Positions 28,625-38,049 of a stretch of 47,622 bases of DNA are shown here, piece after piece. How positions within the stretch are numbered: position 1 is the first letter of the stretch; each line of letters begins with the position of its first letter. This stretch comes from an uncultured Bacteroidia bacterium (lineage in GTDB: Bacteria > Bacteroidota > Bacteroidia > Bacteroidales > UBA932). Under the pieces are notes generated by a model that made no database searches, was not told the origin of the DNA, and saw only the letters and a program-made list of their open reading frames with translations. Made by a program: the position numbers and the translations under genes. The DNA is taken from the NCBI GenBank assembly GCA_902768955.1, contig CACXNH010000006.1, positions 1-47,622 on the forward strand, written 5' to 3'.

Positions 28625-29398
28625 TTATAGGGTGTTAAAAATAAGGTCTATTTGGGTGTCAAATTTGGCCTCCAGGGGGTGCGTTTTTGCGGATTGTACC
28701 ACGTTTAGCCGGGTGCGATCATCTACGCCAAAGGCCAGGCAAAGCGCCCGCGTATAAGGCTGTTTGCGTTTCCTGGGTAATAGGTCTATAAGGCGGGCCA
28801 GCTGGGCGGGCGTCCCGTCCCAGGAAAGGGCCTTTTCCGGGCGTTTCGCCGCCGGGGTGGACTGCTGGGCCAGGTAATACGCGAAAGTGTCCCAGGGGCC
28901 GGAAATTAGGCCCGCACTGGTTAGCGCCGTGTAAAGCCGCCGCGCGGTTTTTTCCTCCAGGCGTTCCGCTGCTGGTAGTGCTGCAATCTTGCCCGCTTTC
29001 AGCGCGTCCAGCTCTGCCGCCAGCTGGCCCGGCATCCCCTGGCGTTTTAAGGCCGAAATTTCGCCCCCGGAAAGAGTAAGGCCCGCTGCTGCGGTTTCCT
29101 GGCAGATCGCGCAAAATAGGGCATCCAGGGCGGCAATACGGGCGGCCAGGGGGGCGCGCCGCTGCTGGGTGTTTGCCTCCAGTTCCGCCAGGGCCTCCGG
29201 GCTGGGCGCCGGGCCGATCCCTGCGAAATCCTGGGCCGGGCTGGTTATCGTTTCCAGTTCCGCGGCCAGGGCGTTACGTTCCGCCAGGATCGCGGCAAGT
29301 TTCGCCAGGATCGCGGCGCGGGTTTCGGCTTTGGTGCCGTATTCAAAGCGGGCGCCCTCAACAAAGGCGGCGGCCTGGGCTGTAATACTGCGTTTCAT
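28625..29398 (-). CDS. Hypothetical protein coupled to the integrase (257 aa)
   Basis: TAATG overlap with the integrase stop gives the start MKRSITAQ; coiled-coil-like N-terminal half. Confidence 0.7.
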   Translation of the reverse strand: MKRSITAQAAAFVEGARFEYGTKAETRAAILAKLAAILAERNALAAELETITSPAQDFAGIGPAPSPEALAELEANTQQRRAPLAARIAALDALFCAICQETAAAGLTLSGGEISALKRQGMPGQLAAELDALKAGKIAALPAAERLEEKTARRLYTALTSAGLISGPWDTFAYYLAQQSTPAAKRPEKALSWDGTPAQLARLIDLLPRKRKQPYTRALCLAFGVDDRTRLNVVQSAKTHPLEAKFDTQIDLIFNTL

Positions 29399-30582
29399 TA
29401 GTCCAAAATTCCGTTTAAGAGGTTGGCCGCTGCTTGCTTGCGTTGGTCTATGATCGTGGCGTAAATCTGCGTTGTGCTTACGTTGGTGTGTCCTAATAGC
29501 TTGGAAATGCTGTAAAGGTCTGCGCCCTGGGTAAGCGCCAGGGTGGCGAAAGTGTGGCGGGCACAATGAAAGGAAATGTTTTTAGCGATCCCGGCGCGTT
29601 TTACCCAGGTAGTAACGCCCCATTGGGTTGTTACCCGTTTCGGCAAGGTAAATACTAAATCCTCCGGCCCTTTGGTGCCGCGTTCCGGCAAAAAGCGGCG
29701 GGCGGCATCGGAAAGGGGTAAATACAAAATTTGCCGGGTTTTCTGCATCCTGGTTTCTACTTGCCAGGTGTCCCCGTTTTGGTGTATATCCCCCCAGGTT
29801 AGGCCCTCAATATCGGAAAGGCGCAAGCCGCAAAAGCAAGAGAAAAGGAAAGCGGCTTTTACTTGTTCGTTTGGTGCCGGGGCCGCCGCCAGGGTCTTTA
29901 ATTCCTCCGCGGTTAGATAGTCCCTTTCGCTGGGCTGGCCTTGCGGCTTTTCGCTAATATCCACCAGCGCGCAAGGGTTTACGGAAATAAGGCCCTTTTT
30001 GTATGCCTCATTCATAGCCGCCTCAAAGTTGGAGTAATAAAGCGCGGCTGTGTTTGGGGAAAGGGTGCCAGCTCCCCAGCGCTGCGGGGCGTCCTTTAGA
30101 TAGGCAGCAAAGCCCGTGCAAAAATCCTTATCCACCTGGGCCAGGGTAACGGCCCGGCCCTTGTAGGCTGTGTCTAAATAGTGCTGTAAGTGGGTGCGGG
30201 CGGTCTTTATCCCCTCCGCGGTGTTGCTGGCCTTGCGCCCGGCATCCTGGGCGGCCTTATCGGCCCGGTCTTGCCGCTGCTGCATCCAGTCCAAAAGTAG
30301 CAAGGCTTTCCCGGCCTGGTTTTTTATCCCGGCCTCCCCGTTTACTATTTCCTTAATCCGCTGGGCCTTTATCGCGTTGGCCGCGTCCCTGGTTACCTGG
30401 TTGGCGGTTTTATCCTCCGGGTGGTTGGGGCGCTCTGGGATTAGGTATAACTTTAGAAATTCATAGCTGCGCACCCCGTCCCGGTAAATATCCAGGTAAA
30501 TAGATTTGCTGCCTTTCGCCAGCTCTTTAAAACGGATTGTTACGGGTTCCTTTGCCCGCTGCTGCTTTTTCGGTCTTGCCAT
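29398..30582 (-). CDS. int: Tyrosine recombinase/integrase (Bacteroidales Arm-SAM-catalytic type)
   Basis: SIYLDIY..G.R.YEFLKLYL arm domain; catalytic GLRLSD, HCARHTFAT, LLGH and TTQIY. Confidence 0.96.
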   Translation of the reverse strand: MARPKKQQRAKEPVTIRFKELAKGSKSIYLDIYRDGVRSYEFLKLYLIPERPNHPEDKTANQVTRDAANAIKAQRIKEIVNGEAGIKNQAGKALLLLDWMQQRQDRADKAAQDAGRKASNTAEGIKTARTHLQHYLDTAYKGRAVTLAQVDKDFCTGFAAYLKDAPQRWGAGTLSPNTAALYYSNFEAAMNEAYKKGLISVNPCALVDISEKPQGQPSERDYLTAEELKTLAAAPAPNEQVKAAFLFSCFCGLRLSDIEGLTWGDIHQNGDTWQVETRMQKTRQILYLPLSDAARRFLPERGTKGPEDLVFTLPKRVTTQWGVTTWVKRAGIAKNISFHCARHTFATLALTQGADLYSISKLLGHTNVSTTQIYATIIDQRKQAAANLLNGILD

Positions 30583-30631
30583 AATAGAAATACTTAACTT
30601 GTTACGGGTACAAAGATAGGCAAAAAATCCG

Positions 30632-30675
30632 AAACGAGTAACAAACGAGTAACAAAATTTGCGAAAAGTAACAAA
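30632..30675. repeat. GTAACAAA repeats, probable integrase arm-type sites (right)
   Basis: Copies at 30638, 30649 and 30668. Confidence 0.7.
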
Positions 30676-30703
30676 AAGTGCGTTTAAGAAAGTCAAACAA
30701 AGG

Positions 30704-30731
30704 AAAAAGAAAAAGCGGCCTAAAAGCCGCT
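30704..30731 (-). terminator. Intrinsic terminator downstream of ychF, supplied by the element
   Basis: AGCGGC-N6-GCCGCT followed by TTTTCTTTTT on the minus strand. Confidence 0.6.
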
Positions 30732-30776
30732 AATTCAATGGATTATATTTTACTTACTTTTCCTTAATTTTACCCC

Positions 30777-31880
30777 TTAAACGTTAAATAAAAAGTGCAT
30801 TATGTCACCGTCCTGTACAACGTAGTCTTTGCCTTCGATGCCCATCTTTCCTGCAGCACGTACGGCTGCTTCAGTACGGTACTGCACAAAGTCTTCATAC
30901 TTGATAACCTCTGCACGGATGAAACCACGCTCGAAGTCCGTGTGGATGACTCCTGCGGCACGGGGAGCCTTGTCTCCGGCCCTGATGGTCCAGGCGCGGC
31001 ATTCATCGGCCCCGGCGGTAAAGAAGGTCCTGAGGCCAAGGAGTTTGTACGCTCCCTGGATAAGGCGCACTACGCCGGATTCTTCAAGGCCGAGTTCCTC
31101 AAGGAACATCTGGCGGTCCTCGTACTCTTCAATTTCCGCAATCTCGGCCTCCGTCTTGGCGGCAATCACAAGGACTTCCGCATTCTCAGAAGCCACTGCG
31201 GCACGCACTGCATCTACATAGGCATTACCGGATACGGCCGATGCCTCATCCACGTTACAAACATACATGACGGGCTTGTTGGTGATGAGAAAAAGGTCGT
31301 GGGACATCTGCTCCTCCTCTGCGTTTTCAAGCGCAACTGTGCGGCAGGAAAGGCCCTTAAGAAGAGCCTCACGGTACCTGAGGAGAAGCCCAAGAAGCTT
31401 TTTAGCCTCCTTGTCCCCTCCGGTAGTTGCCATCTTCTCCACCTTCTTGATACGGTTCTCTACGGTCTCAAGGTCCTTGATCTGGAGTTCCGTATCCACC
31501 ACTTCCTTGTCACGGACAGGGTCTACGGAACCGTCCACGTGAGCGATATTTCCGTCGTCAAAGCAGCGCAGAACATGAAGGATGGCATCCGTCTCGCGTA
31601 TATTTGCAAGGAACTGGTTGCCAAGGCCCTCTCCCCTGGAAGCGCCCTTTACAAGGCCTGCAATGTCCACTATCTCTACGGTAGCGGGCACGGTACGTTT
31701 GGGCTGGCAGATATCAGTAAGAACCTCCAGACGTTTGTCCGGCACGTTTGTAGAGCCCACATTGGGATCTATGGTGCAGAATGGATAGTTTGCGCTCTGG
31801 GCCTTTGAGGAACTCACGCAATTAAAAAGAGTAGACTTGCCCACATTGGGCAAGCCTACTATTCCACATTTCAGTGACAT
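30777..31880 (-). CDS. ychF: Redox-regulated ATPase YchF
   Basis: GIVGLPNVGKSTLFN, ANYPFCTI, DIAGLV, IHTDFERGFIRAE and YVVQDGD motifs. Confidence 0.98.
   Translation of the reverse strand: MSLKCGIVGLPNVGKSTLFNCVSSSKAQSANYPFCTIDPNVGSTNVPDKRLEVLTDICQPKRTVPATVEIVDIAGLVKGASRGEGLGNQFLANIRETDAILHVLRCFDDGNIAHVDGSVDPVRDKEVVDTELQIKDLETVENRIKKVEKMATTGGDKEAKKLLGLLLRYREALLKGLSCRTVALENAEEEQMSHDLFLITNKPVMYVCNVDEASAVSGNAYVDAVRAAVASENAEVLVIAAKTEAEIAEIEEYEDRQMFLEELGLEESGVVRLIQGAYKLLGLRTFFTAGADECRAWTIRAGDKAPRAAGVIHTDFERGFIRAEVIKYEDFVQYRTEAAVRAAGKMGIEGKDYVVQDGDIMHFLFNV
30781..30797. repeat. att core, right copy (within the ychF 3' end)
   Basis: Identical to 23116-23132. Confidence 0.92.
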
Positions 31881-31886
31881 AGACTA

Positions 31887-33968
31887 CTAATAAAATCTTG
31901 CACGATTGTCTTCCACGCCATTTTCAGTCATCAGGGGAAAGAGCATCTGGCTGTGATAGGAATCAATGCGGGACTTGGCGGCCTTTGCGTCTTCCTCTGT
32001 GAAGAAGGAAGCCTCGTCACGGCCTGTCACCTGAAGTACATAGGTTCCCATGATGCCGGCAACGGGGCCGGTGATTTCACCTTCCTTGGCGGCTGCCACT
32101 GCACCCACGAATGCAGGTTCCGTGGTAGGGGCGGAATTGGTGGAGAACGTTACGTCAGAGAGATTGGAAACGGTAACACCAAGAACCTCTGCGATTGCAT
32201 CCATGGAGGTGAGGCCGGCAATTTTTGCGCCTGCTTCCTCTGCACGCTTGGCGGAGCACTTCTCACGGTAGAGTTCATTGCGGATGGGTTCTGCAACCTC
32301 AGAAATGGGAGCATAACCTTCCTTATGGGCGTCCTTGATGCCAACCACAAAGAAGTAGTTGTTGTCTACGGTGATGATACCGGAAGCCTTTCCGGGCTTG
32401 TTGTCAAATGCCCAGCGGGTGATTTCTTTACCATGGCCGATAGAACCGTAGGTGTCTGTTCCCTCGTTGATGGTCATGCTGCGGGAATAGGTGCCGGTGG
32501 AGTCACAGGCAGCCTTGTAATTGGCATATTTGCCAGCTGCACGCACAGCAAGGATATTGGCTTTATTGTAAACTGCCGCATAGGTTTCCTTGCTGGGAAG
32601 GGTGGCCTTCTCAAAGATGGCAACCTTCTTCTTGGCAACGGGCTTTGTAGCCTTCACAGCCTCAACGATGTGTACACCGTACTGGGTGTTGAGGATCATG
32701 GGCTTGCCAACAGCAGCGCTGAGAACGGGCTCGAAGCCGGGGATAACGGCATTCTGGGTCATCCAGCCAAGGTTTCCCTGCTCTCCGTCATAGGCGTTGC
32801 CCTTATCGGCAGAATAGAGGGTGGCCATTGTGGAGAAGTTATTCTTATTCACAAGGGGAAGGAGGCTGTCTGCGAGATGACGGGCATCTGCGCCCTGGAA
32901 CATGATGTGGCGTACATACACAGAATCAGGAACGTTGCCGGTTTCCATGATGCGGGCTGCAAAGAAGTTGCTGCCACTCTGGTAAACGGGGGAAACACCG
33001 CTGTTGTTTGCGCTCACGAAAGCGTCCACGTCACGGTTTACGCTGCGGAGGTCTCCGTCCTTGTACCAGCGGTCTTCCCACTGGCGGTCAGAGTTGCGCT
33101 GAAGGAATGCGCGCATGGACTCCGTAGAAGCGAATTCATCGTAGAGTTTTACAAATTCTTCGTTCTGGGCGGCGATATCAGTTGCCGAAGGGGTAACCTC
33201 AAACACTGCGTATTCGATGTCACGGGCGGCCTTACGCTTGTAATTCTCCTTGTGGGCATTGTAGAAAGCCTTTACCTCAGAATCTGAGATAACGATGCTG
33301 GAGTCCTTGGGGAAATATGTGTTGGGCTCCATCACAAAACTCACGGAAGCAGCGGTGTTACCCTCTGCCACAGCATTTTTCACCTCCAGGCTGTTCATGT
33401 AGGAAGATGCAAGGAACAGGGCGTTGTACTTCTCCGTGTAGCGGTTGGTACGTACGGCATTCTGGATGTAGTTACGTACCAGAAGGCCGTTGTAGTCATC
33501 TGAGGTCTGTTCCATGAAATCATGGACACGCGCGGGAGAGAATTCTCCGTTCTCATCCATGAACAATCCGGAAGAAGCCACGATAGGAGAGAGGTTATCG
33601 CCTACAAACATGTCAATTTCTTCCTGCTGTCCTACGCGGATGCCTGCTTCCTGGATGGTAGGGATAACCTGATAACGCTCTACAAGCTGCTGCCAGGTCA
33701 TTTCACGAACCTGCTTCTGGGCCTGCTCGCTGGAAGCGGACTGGCCGGAGAGCATTTCCATTACCTGGCCGTTCTGTTTAACTTCCTGCTCAAAGTCAGT
33801 GTAGGAGATGCGCTTGCCGTTAATCTTGCCGACATCGTACTTTGTTGAAGCAGACTGGATGGTCTGGATAATGTCGGACGGGTTCACAAGGAAGAGTAAA
33901 AGACCGAAGGCAATGATGAGCGATGCTCCAATGCCAAACTTAGTTCTAATGGTCTCAAGTGCTGCCAT
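31887..33968 (-). CDS. SurA-N/PpiD-like peptidylprolyl isomerase
   Basis: MAALETIR plus TM anchor, VGKING..I, rotamase VRHI...G.LGW, TQYGVHI and DNR..FY end. Confidence 0.85.
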   Translation of the reverse strand: MAALETIRTKFGIGASLIIAFGLLLFLVNPSDIIQTIQSASTKYDVGKINGKRISYTDFEQEVKQNGQVMEMLSGQSASSEQAQKQVREMTWQQLVERYQVIPTIQEAGIRVGQQEEIDMFVGDNLSPIVASSGLFMDENGEFSPARVHDFMEQTSDDYNGLLVRNYIQNAVRTNRYTEKYNALFLASSYMNSLEVKNAVAEGNTAASVSFVMEPNTYFPKDSSIVISDSEVKAFYNAHKENYKRKAARDIEYAVFEVTPSATDIAAQNEEFVKLYDEFASTESMRAFLQRNSDRQWEDRWYKDGDLRSVNRDVDAFVSANNSGVSPVYQSGSNFFAARIMETGNVPDSVYVRHIMFQGADARHLADSLLPLVNKNNFSTMATLYSADKGNAYDGEQGNLGWMTQNAVIPGFEPVLSAAVGKPMILNTQYGVHIVEAVKATKPVAKKKVAIFEKATLPSKETYAAVYNKANILAVRAAGKYANYKAACDSTGTYSRSMTINEGTDTYGSIGHGKEITRWAFDNKPGKASGIITVDNNYFFVVGIKDAHKEGYAPISEVAEPIRNELYREKCSAKRAEEAGAKIAGLTSMDAIAEVLGVTVSNLSDVTFSTNSAPTTEPAFVGAVAAAKEGEITGPVAGIMGTYVLQVTGRDEASFFTEEDAKAAKSRIDSYHSQMLFPLMTENGVEDNRARFY

Positions 33969-34037
33969 TTTTATGTGTTTTTTTAATTATAATCAGTATA
34001 AGGGCTGCAAAGATAGCATTTTTCTGCGGAAATACCA

Positions 34038-34664
34038 CTATTTTTTTTGTAAGGGGCCGATAAAATTGAGCGTATCTATCACAACCTTAGTGGAATCCGA
34101 GTCTACAAAGAATGTATTGTCGAAGGGATGAAGGAGAATGGAGTTTCGAGCCATCTCGTCTGAGCGCATGCCGTACCCCTGCATCATTCCGTCCTTTGAG
34201 GACAGCCTCACATAGCAGTCTGTCCATATTTCCTTGTTCTTTGCATCCCAGTAAAGCGTGTCCGTCTCTATCATCTCACGCTTGAGGATATTTTTAACTA
34301 CAACATTTCCGTAAGCAGACCAGATGTCGTCTCCGTGCTTATACTTATTGTGACGGGCTTCATCGGCCACGATGGTGGTCTCCAGAAGTTGGCTTTCCTC
34401 ATTGTATCCAAATACATGGATTCCCTTGGGAAAGTAGTTGTAGGAGAGGGTGTCGTATTCATACACCTCCATCCTCGGGGATTCTATCCTCATCTTCAGG
34501 CGGCCGTTGTCTGAGTTTATCAGAAGCATCGTGTCCACCACCTGGATAGGGGTTACGGAAAGGTCCAGTTTCTGGGCTTCGGCCAGATTGCTTTTGCATG
34601 AATAAACGACGAAAGCAAGCACCAGGGTGCTTGCAATCGCGTTAAATATGCAGGGAACTCTCAC
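34038..34664 (-). CDS. lptC: LPS export periplasmic protein LptC
   Basis: SDNG, FPKGIHV, GNVVV.N, ETDTLYWD and G.GM.SD pattern; position in the usual Bacteroidales coaX cluster. Confidence 0.8.
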   Translation of the reverse strand: MRVPCIFNAIASTLVLAFVVYSCKSNLAEAQKLDLSVTPIQVVDTMLLINSDNGRLKMRIESPRMEVYEYDTLSYNYFPKGIHVFGYNEESQLLETTIVADEARHNKYKHGDDIWSAYGNVVVKNILKREMIETDTLYWDAKNKEIWTDCYVRLSSKDGMMQGYGMRSDEMARNSILLHPFDNTFFVDSDSTKVVIDTLNFIGPLQKK

Positions 34665-34667
34665 TGC

Positions 34668-35999
34668 TTACTGCACACGGACCGTTGTGGTTGCCACCAT
34701 ACCGCCGCAGCTGACGGTGTAGGACTGTCCCTTGGTGAGGTCATACATGAATGCCTCAGCCGCCTCAGGGTAGTAACGTGCCACCGCAGAGATAGAAGCG
34801 GAAGCGTCATCGGCAAGGGAAGCGTCTGCGCTGCGGGCCTTCTGGTAGCAGTCCGTAGCCGCCCAGTAGCGGGCGTACTTGTTCACTACGTCGTCGCAGG
34901 AGGCCGATGACCAGAGGTTGCCCATGATCATATAGGCCTTTCCGGCATATCCGTAATCAAGGTCAACTGCCTTGCGGGCGGCATCGTAAGCCTTTGCGCG
35001 CATACCGTTCTTGTAGCAGAAGGTTGCCATCTCATAGTAGTACTGGGCGTCAGTGGCGTCATCTGACTCGGGGGAGTCGATAGCCTCCTGGAGGTACTTT
35101 CCTGCATCGGCCACATTGCCGCGGGCGGAATTCAGACGGTACAGGCCGAATGCGCTGCCGTGTGAAGGATCCAGTTTGTACTTGGCGGTTGCGGCCTTGA
35201 GATAGAGGTCATTGGAGGCGCAGTCATCTGCGGTGTTCATGAGTTGGACTATCTTTGTCACAAGTGCAAGATTCTCAGGATCTGCATCGAAGCGGGGGCT
35301 GAAGATGGCGATGAGGTTCTCGCAGGAAGCAACCTTGCTGGCTGCGAAGATGGACTCTATCTTCTCCTTGTCCTCTGCGATTGCAGCGGTCTCCTTCTCG
35401 TTGCGGGGCTGAGCCTGGTCTATGATACCGCTCACATTCTCATACAGGGCGATGATATCATCGGCCGATAGTTTTTCCTCCCTGTACTGGGCTACGGCAG
35501 ACTGCATGAGGGCGCTGAGGATATTGCTCTTTGTCTCACTGCCAAGTTCATTCATGATACCGGAGAGGTTGTCGTACATATACTGTACGTCTGAGCTCTT
35601 GTAGTTGATGATGTACTGGCCCTTGTTGTTGAGGATAGTTGCCTTCTTCTTAGGGTAAGCGGCAAGACGCTGGTCCTGGAGCAAGAGGATGGTGTCTGCG
35701 ATAGCAGCACGAGCCTTGACGTTCTTGGTGTTGCGATACAGGTTTGTCATCATCTTGGTACCGTTCACGAAGATGTTCTCTGAAGCGGTGGCGGGGCAGT
35801 ATTTATATGCCTGACGCCAGTTGGAAAGGGCCATGGGGTCCTTCTCATCCTTCTTGAAACGCTCAGTGTAGAATGAAAGGTACTTAAGGCAGTTCAGGCT
35901 GTCCTCGCCGTGACCATACTTTGAGGTGGTCTGGGCGCTCATGTTCCATCCTGACAATACGGTGAGGAGGGAAGCGGTGATGATAGCTAATCTTTTCAT
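34668..35999 (-). CDS. Exported TPR-repeat protein
   Basis: Signal peptide, YG.GEDS..C, helical repeats, YWAA.D.Y.KA and TTVR end. Confidence 0.8.
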   Translation of the reverse strand: MKRLAIITASLLTVLSGWNMSAQTTSKYGHGEDSLNCLKYLSFYTERFKKDEKDPMALSNWRQAYKYCPATASENIFVNGTKMMTNLYRNTKNVKARAAIADTILLLQDQRLAAYPKKKATILNNKGQYIINYKSSDVQYMYDNLSGIMNELGSETKSNILSALMQSAVAQYREEKLSADDIIALYENVSGIIDQAQPRNEKETAAIAEDKEKIESIFAASKVASCENLIAIFSPRFDADPENLALVTKIVQLMNTADDCASNDLYLKAATAKYKLDPSHGSAFGLYRLNSARGNVADAGKYLQEAIDSPESDDATDAQYYYEMATFCYKNGMRAKAYDAARKAVDLDYGYAGKAYMIMGNLWSSASCDDVVNKYARYWAATDCYQKARSADASLADDASASISAVARYYPEAAEAFMYDLTKGQSYTVSCGGMVATTTVRVQ

Positions 36000-36026
36000 G
36001 ATATCCTGTTTTTTTGTTTTGTCAAA

Positions 36027-37325
36027 TTATTCGTAGTGCGGTTTCTTGAACCAAATGTCAAATATGTTCATTCCCACGTTGAAACCAAAGTAAGTTTCCT
36101 TCACCTGGGAGGTCTGGAGTCCTCTTCTTCCAAAATCCAGGCCAATTGATAATCCGTTATACCAGCGGAACACCGGCAGTGTCATTCCAATGGTTATTCC
36201 GACGGCGTCTACGTGCACCCCAGCAACGGTGTAATATGAACTGTCATAATATGCTCCGGCGCGGTATGTGCAGCGCTTCAGGAAATAGCGGATATCATTG
36301 CGGTTGGGGGTAATTTCCGCACCAAGACGGAAACTCTGGCCAAATGAGGAAGCAAAACCGACTTCTCCGTTGTTTGAGAATCCCACTACGCTTTCAAAGC
36401 CTGAACGGCTCCAGTCTGTCCTGGTGTAGTCGAATTCAATAAGAAGATCGTCTCCCTTCTTGTAGCTGATGCCAACCCCAATCTCATCTCCCATCATTAC
36501 GCTTTTATCCTTGAGATCTTCCTGATACCTGCCATTGCTGCTGTCAATACCCTTTACTTCATAATGTGTATGATATCCGCTGATGGGGGTGGAAAACTTG
36601 TAGGTTGCACCAAGGACTATACTTGAACCGCGGCCAAGGGGTTGTTCGTACTGAAGTCCCAGTTTTGCCGTAACGTTGTTGACCTGAAGGGAGTCTCCGG
36701 TGCTCCAGGAACGGGAAGCGCTGTCTTCGTAGGTCATTGCAGCCTTCTTGTTTATATTGCCGAAACTGTAATTGACCTGTGCTCCTACAGAGAGGCGGTT
36801 CCAGAGGGTGCCGGCCGCAGCTGCAAATACCTGGTATACACCGCCGTTGCCAATGGAAGAGAAACTCTGGCGGCCAGTGACTATGTTATCCCTGGAGAGT
36901 TCAGAGTAAGCTATCTTGTAACCAACGTCGCTGAGCGGACTTATACCCACCATAAACGCCGTGTGGTTCCACATTGGGAAGGAGATTGCGAAGTCGTCTA
37001 TGTTGAAGGTAGTGTTGAGGGATTTCCTGTCTCCTTCCGAAAATACTGATATACGGCCGTTCAGGCCGAAATCGGCCATGAAGGAGAGGGTGTCCCTTGC
37101 GGTAACGGAAGCGGGGTTCATTATATTGATGAACCTGTGGTTGCGTGCTGCAATGCCTACACCGCCCATGCCGCGGTTCCATGCCGTGCCGGGAGTATGG
37201 AGATTACCCACACCATATACTGAATAAGGCGAGAAACCACTGTATGTGCCCTCTGTCTGCGCCTTTGCAAAGACACAGGAGAGCATAAGGGCAGCAGCTG
37301 CCAATATTCTTTTAATTCTTAGCAT
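36027..37325 (-). CDS. Outer-membrane beta-barrel protein (FadL-like)
   Basis: SPYS.YG.G, GMGG.G, IN.MNPAS and WFKK.. end. Confidence 0.72.
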   Translation of the reverse strand: MLRIKRILAAAALMLSCVFAKAQTEGTYSGFSPYSVYGVGNLHTPGTAWNRGMGGVGIAARNHRFINIMNPASVTARDTLSFMADFGLNGRISVFSEGDRKSLNTTFNIDDFAISFPMWNHTAFMVGISPLSDVGYKIAYSELSRDNIVTGRQSFSSIGNGGVYQVFAAAAGTLWNRLSVGAQVNYSFGNINKKAAMTYEDSASRSWSTGDSLQVNNVTAKLGLQYEQPLGRGSSIVLGATYKFSTPISGYHTHYEVKGIDSSNGRYQEDLKDKSVMMGDEIGVGISYKKGDDLLIEFDYTRTDWSRSGFESVVGFSNNGEVGFASSFGQSFRLGAEITPNRNDIRYFLKRCTYRAGAYYDSSYYTVAGVHVDAVGITIGMTLPVFRWYNGLSIGLDFGRRGLQTSQVKETYFGFNVGMNIFDIWFKKPHYE

Positions 37326-38031
37326 ATTCGTCTGCCATTAGGGCCAAACCCATAAGGACCAGGTTGCAAATTACAAAGATGGAACTTTTCAGGCGTTTGG
37401 CAAAATAATTAGCGTCACCTCCGGTAAAAACTACAATATTGTCCGGATGGAGATTCAGGTAGCCGTCAATTTCAAAAAGAATGCCTGAAACTACTCCGCT
37501 CTCTATTGAAGATACCTCACTTTGGCCGATTGTATCCGGATTTTCAGGGATTTCAACAAGAGGAAGGGATTTTGAATACCTCTGGAGAGCCTTGAAACGG
37601 GTGCGGCACCCAAGGGAGATGTTGCCTCCGGAATACGTTCCGTCCGGAGAAATGAAGTCTATTGAAAGGGTGGTGCCAAAATCCACTATGGTGCAGCCGC
37701 GCCCTTTGAAAAGGTATCGGGAGGCGGCAATTGAAGCGGCCCTGTCATAGGAAAGGTATGAGGGAAGGCCGTATCTGAGGAGAAGGTCCTTGTTACCACG
37801 GTCAAGAACAAGCAGATTCCCGCATTCCGACTCAAGGCACCCCACCTCCTGCTCTGAAAGGGGAAATGCGCTGCACACTACCATTACGGCGGGTTTTTCA
37901 CGCGCCGTGAGGGAGAGTATGAAGTCCATATACTTCTCTCCCTGGTAGCGGAAGGTCTTGCCAAGGGTCATCCTGTCCGACCAGCAGGCCTTGAGCGCTG
38001 TGTTTCCTATTTCTATGAGCAGATTAGACAT
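37312..38031 (-). CDS. coaX: Type III pantothenate kinase
   Basis: IEIGNT..K, DRAA, VDFGT, GGNISLG, TGGDA and LVL.GL motifs. Confidence 0.9.
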   Translation of the reverse strand: MSNLLIEIGNTALKACWSDRMTLGKTFRYQGEKYMDFILSLTAREKPAVMVVCSAFPLSEQEVGCLESECGNLLVLDRGNKDLLLRYGLPSYLSYDRAASIAASRYLFKGRGCTIVDFGTTLSIDFISPDGTYSGGNISLGCRTRFKALQRYSKSLPLVEIPENPDTIGQSEVSSIESGVVSGILFEIDGYLNLHPDNIVVFTGGDANYFAKRLKSSIFVICNLVLMGLALMADEYAKN

Positions 38032-38049
38032 AGCCTGCAAAAATAACAA

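Larger units (their letters stand above)
23116..30797 (-). mobile_element. ~7.7 kb integrated element (PICI/phage-satellite-like or IME) at the 3' end of ychF
   Basis: 17-bp direct repeat ACGTTAAATAAAAAGTG at both ends; integrase, HTH excisionase, AAA ATPase and primase genes all on one strand; codon usage differs from the flanks. Confidence 0.92.

Noticed and set aside
29399-29566. N-terminal extension of the 313-aa ORF, and ORF-track extensions of int (to 30696) and mfd (to 41334)
   Set aside because: They overlap the integrase, the promoter/arm sites or the DnaA boxes; downstream ATGs fit better.
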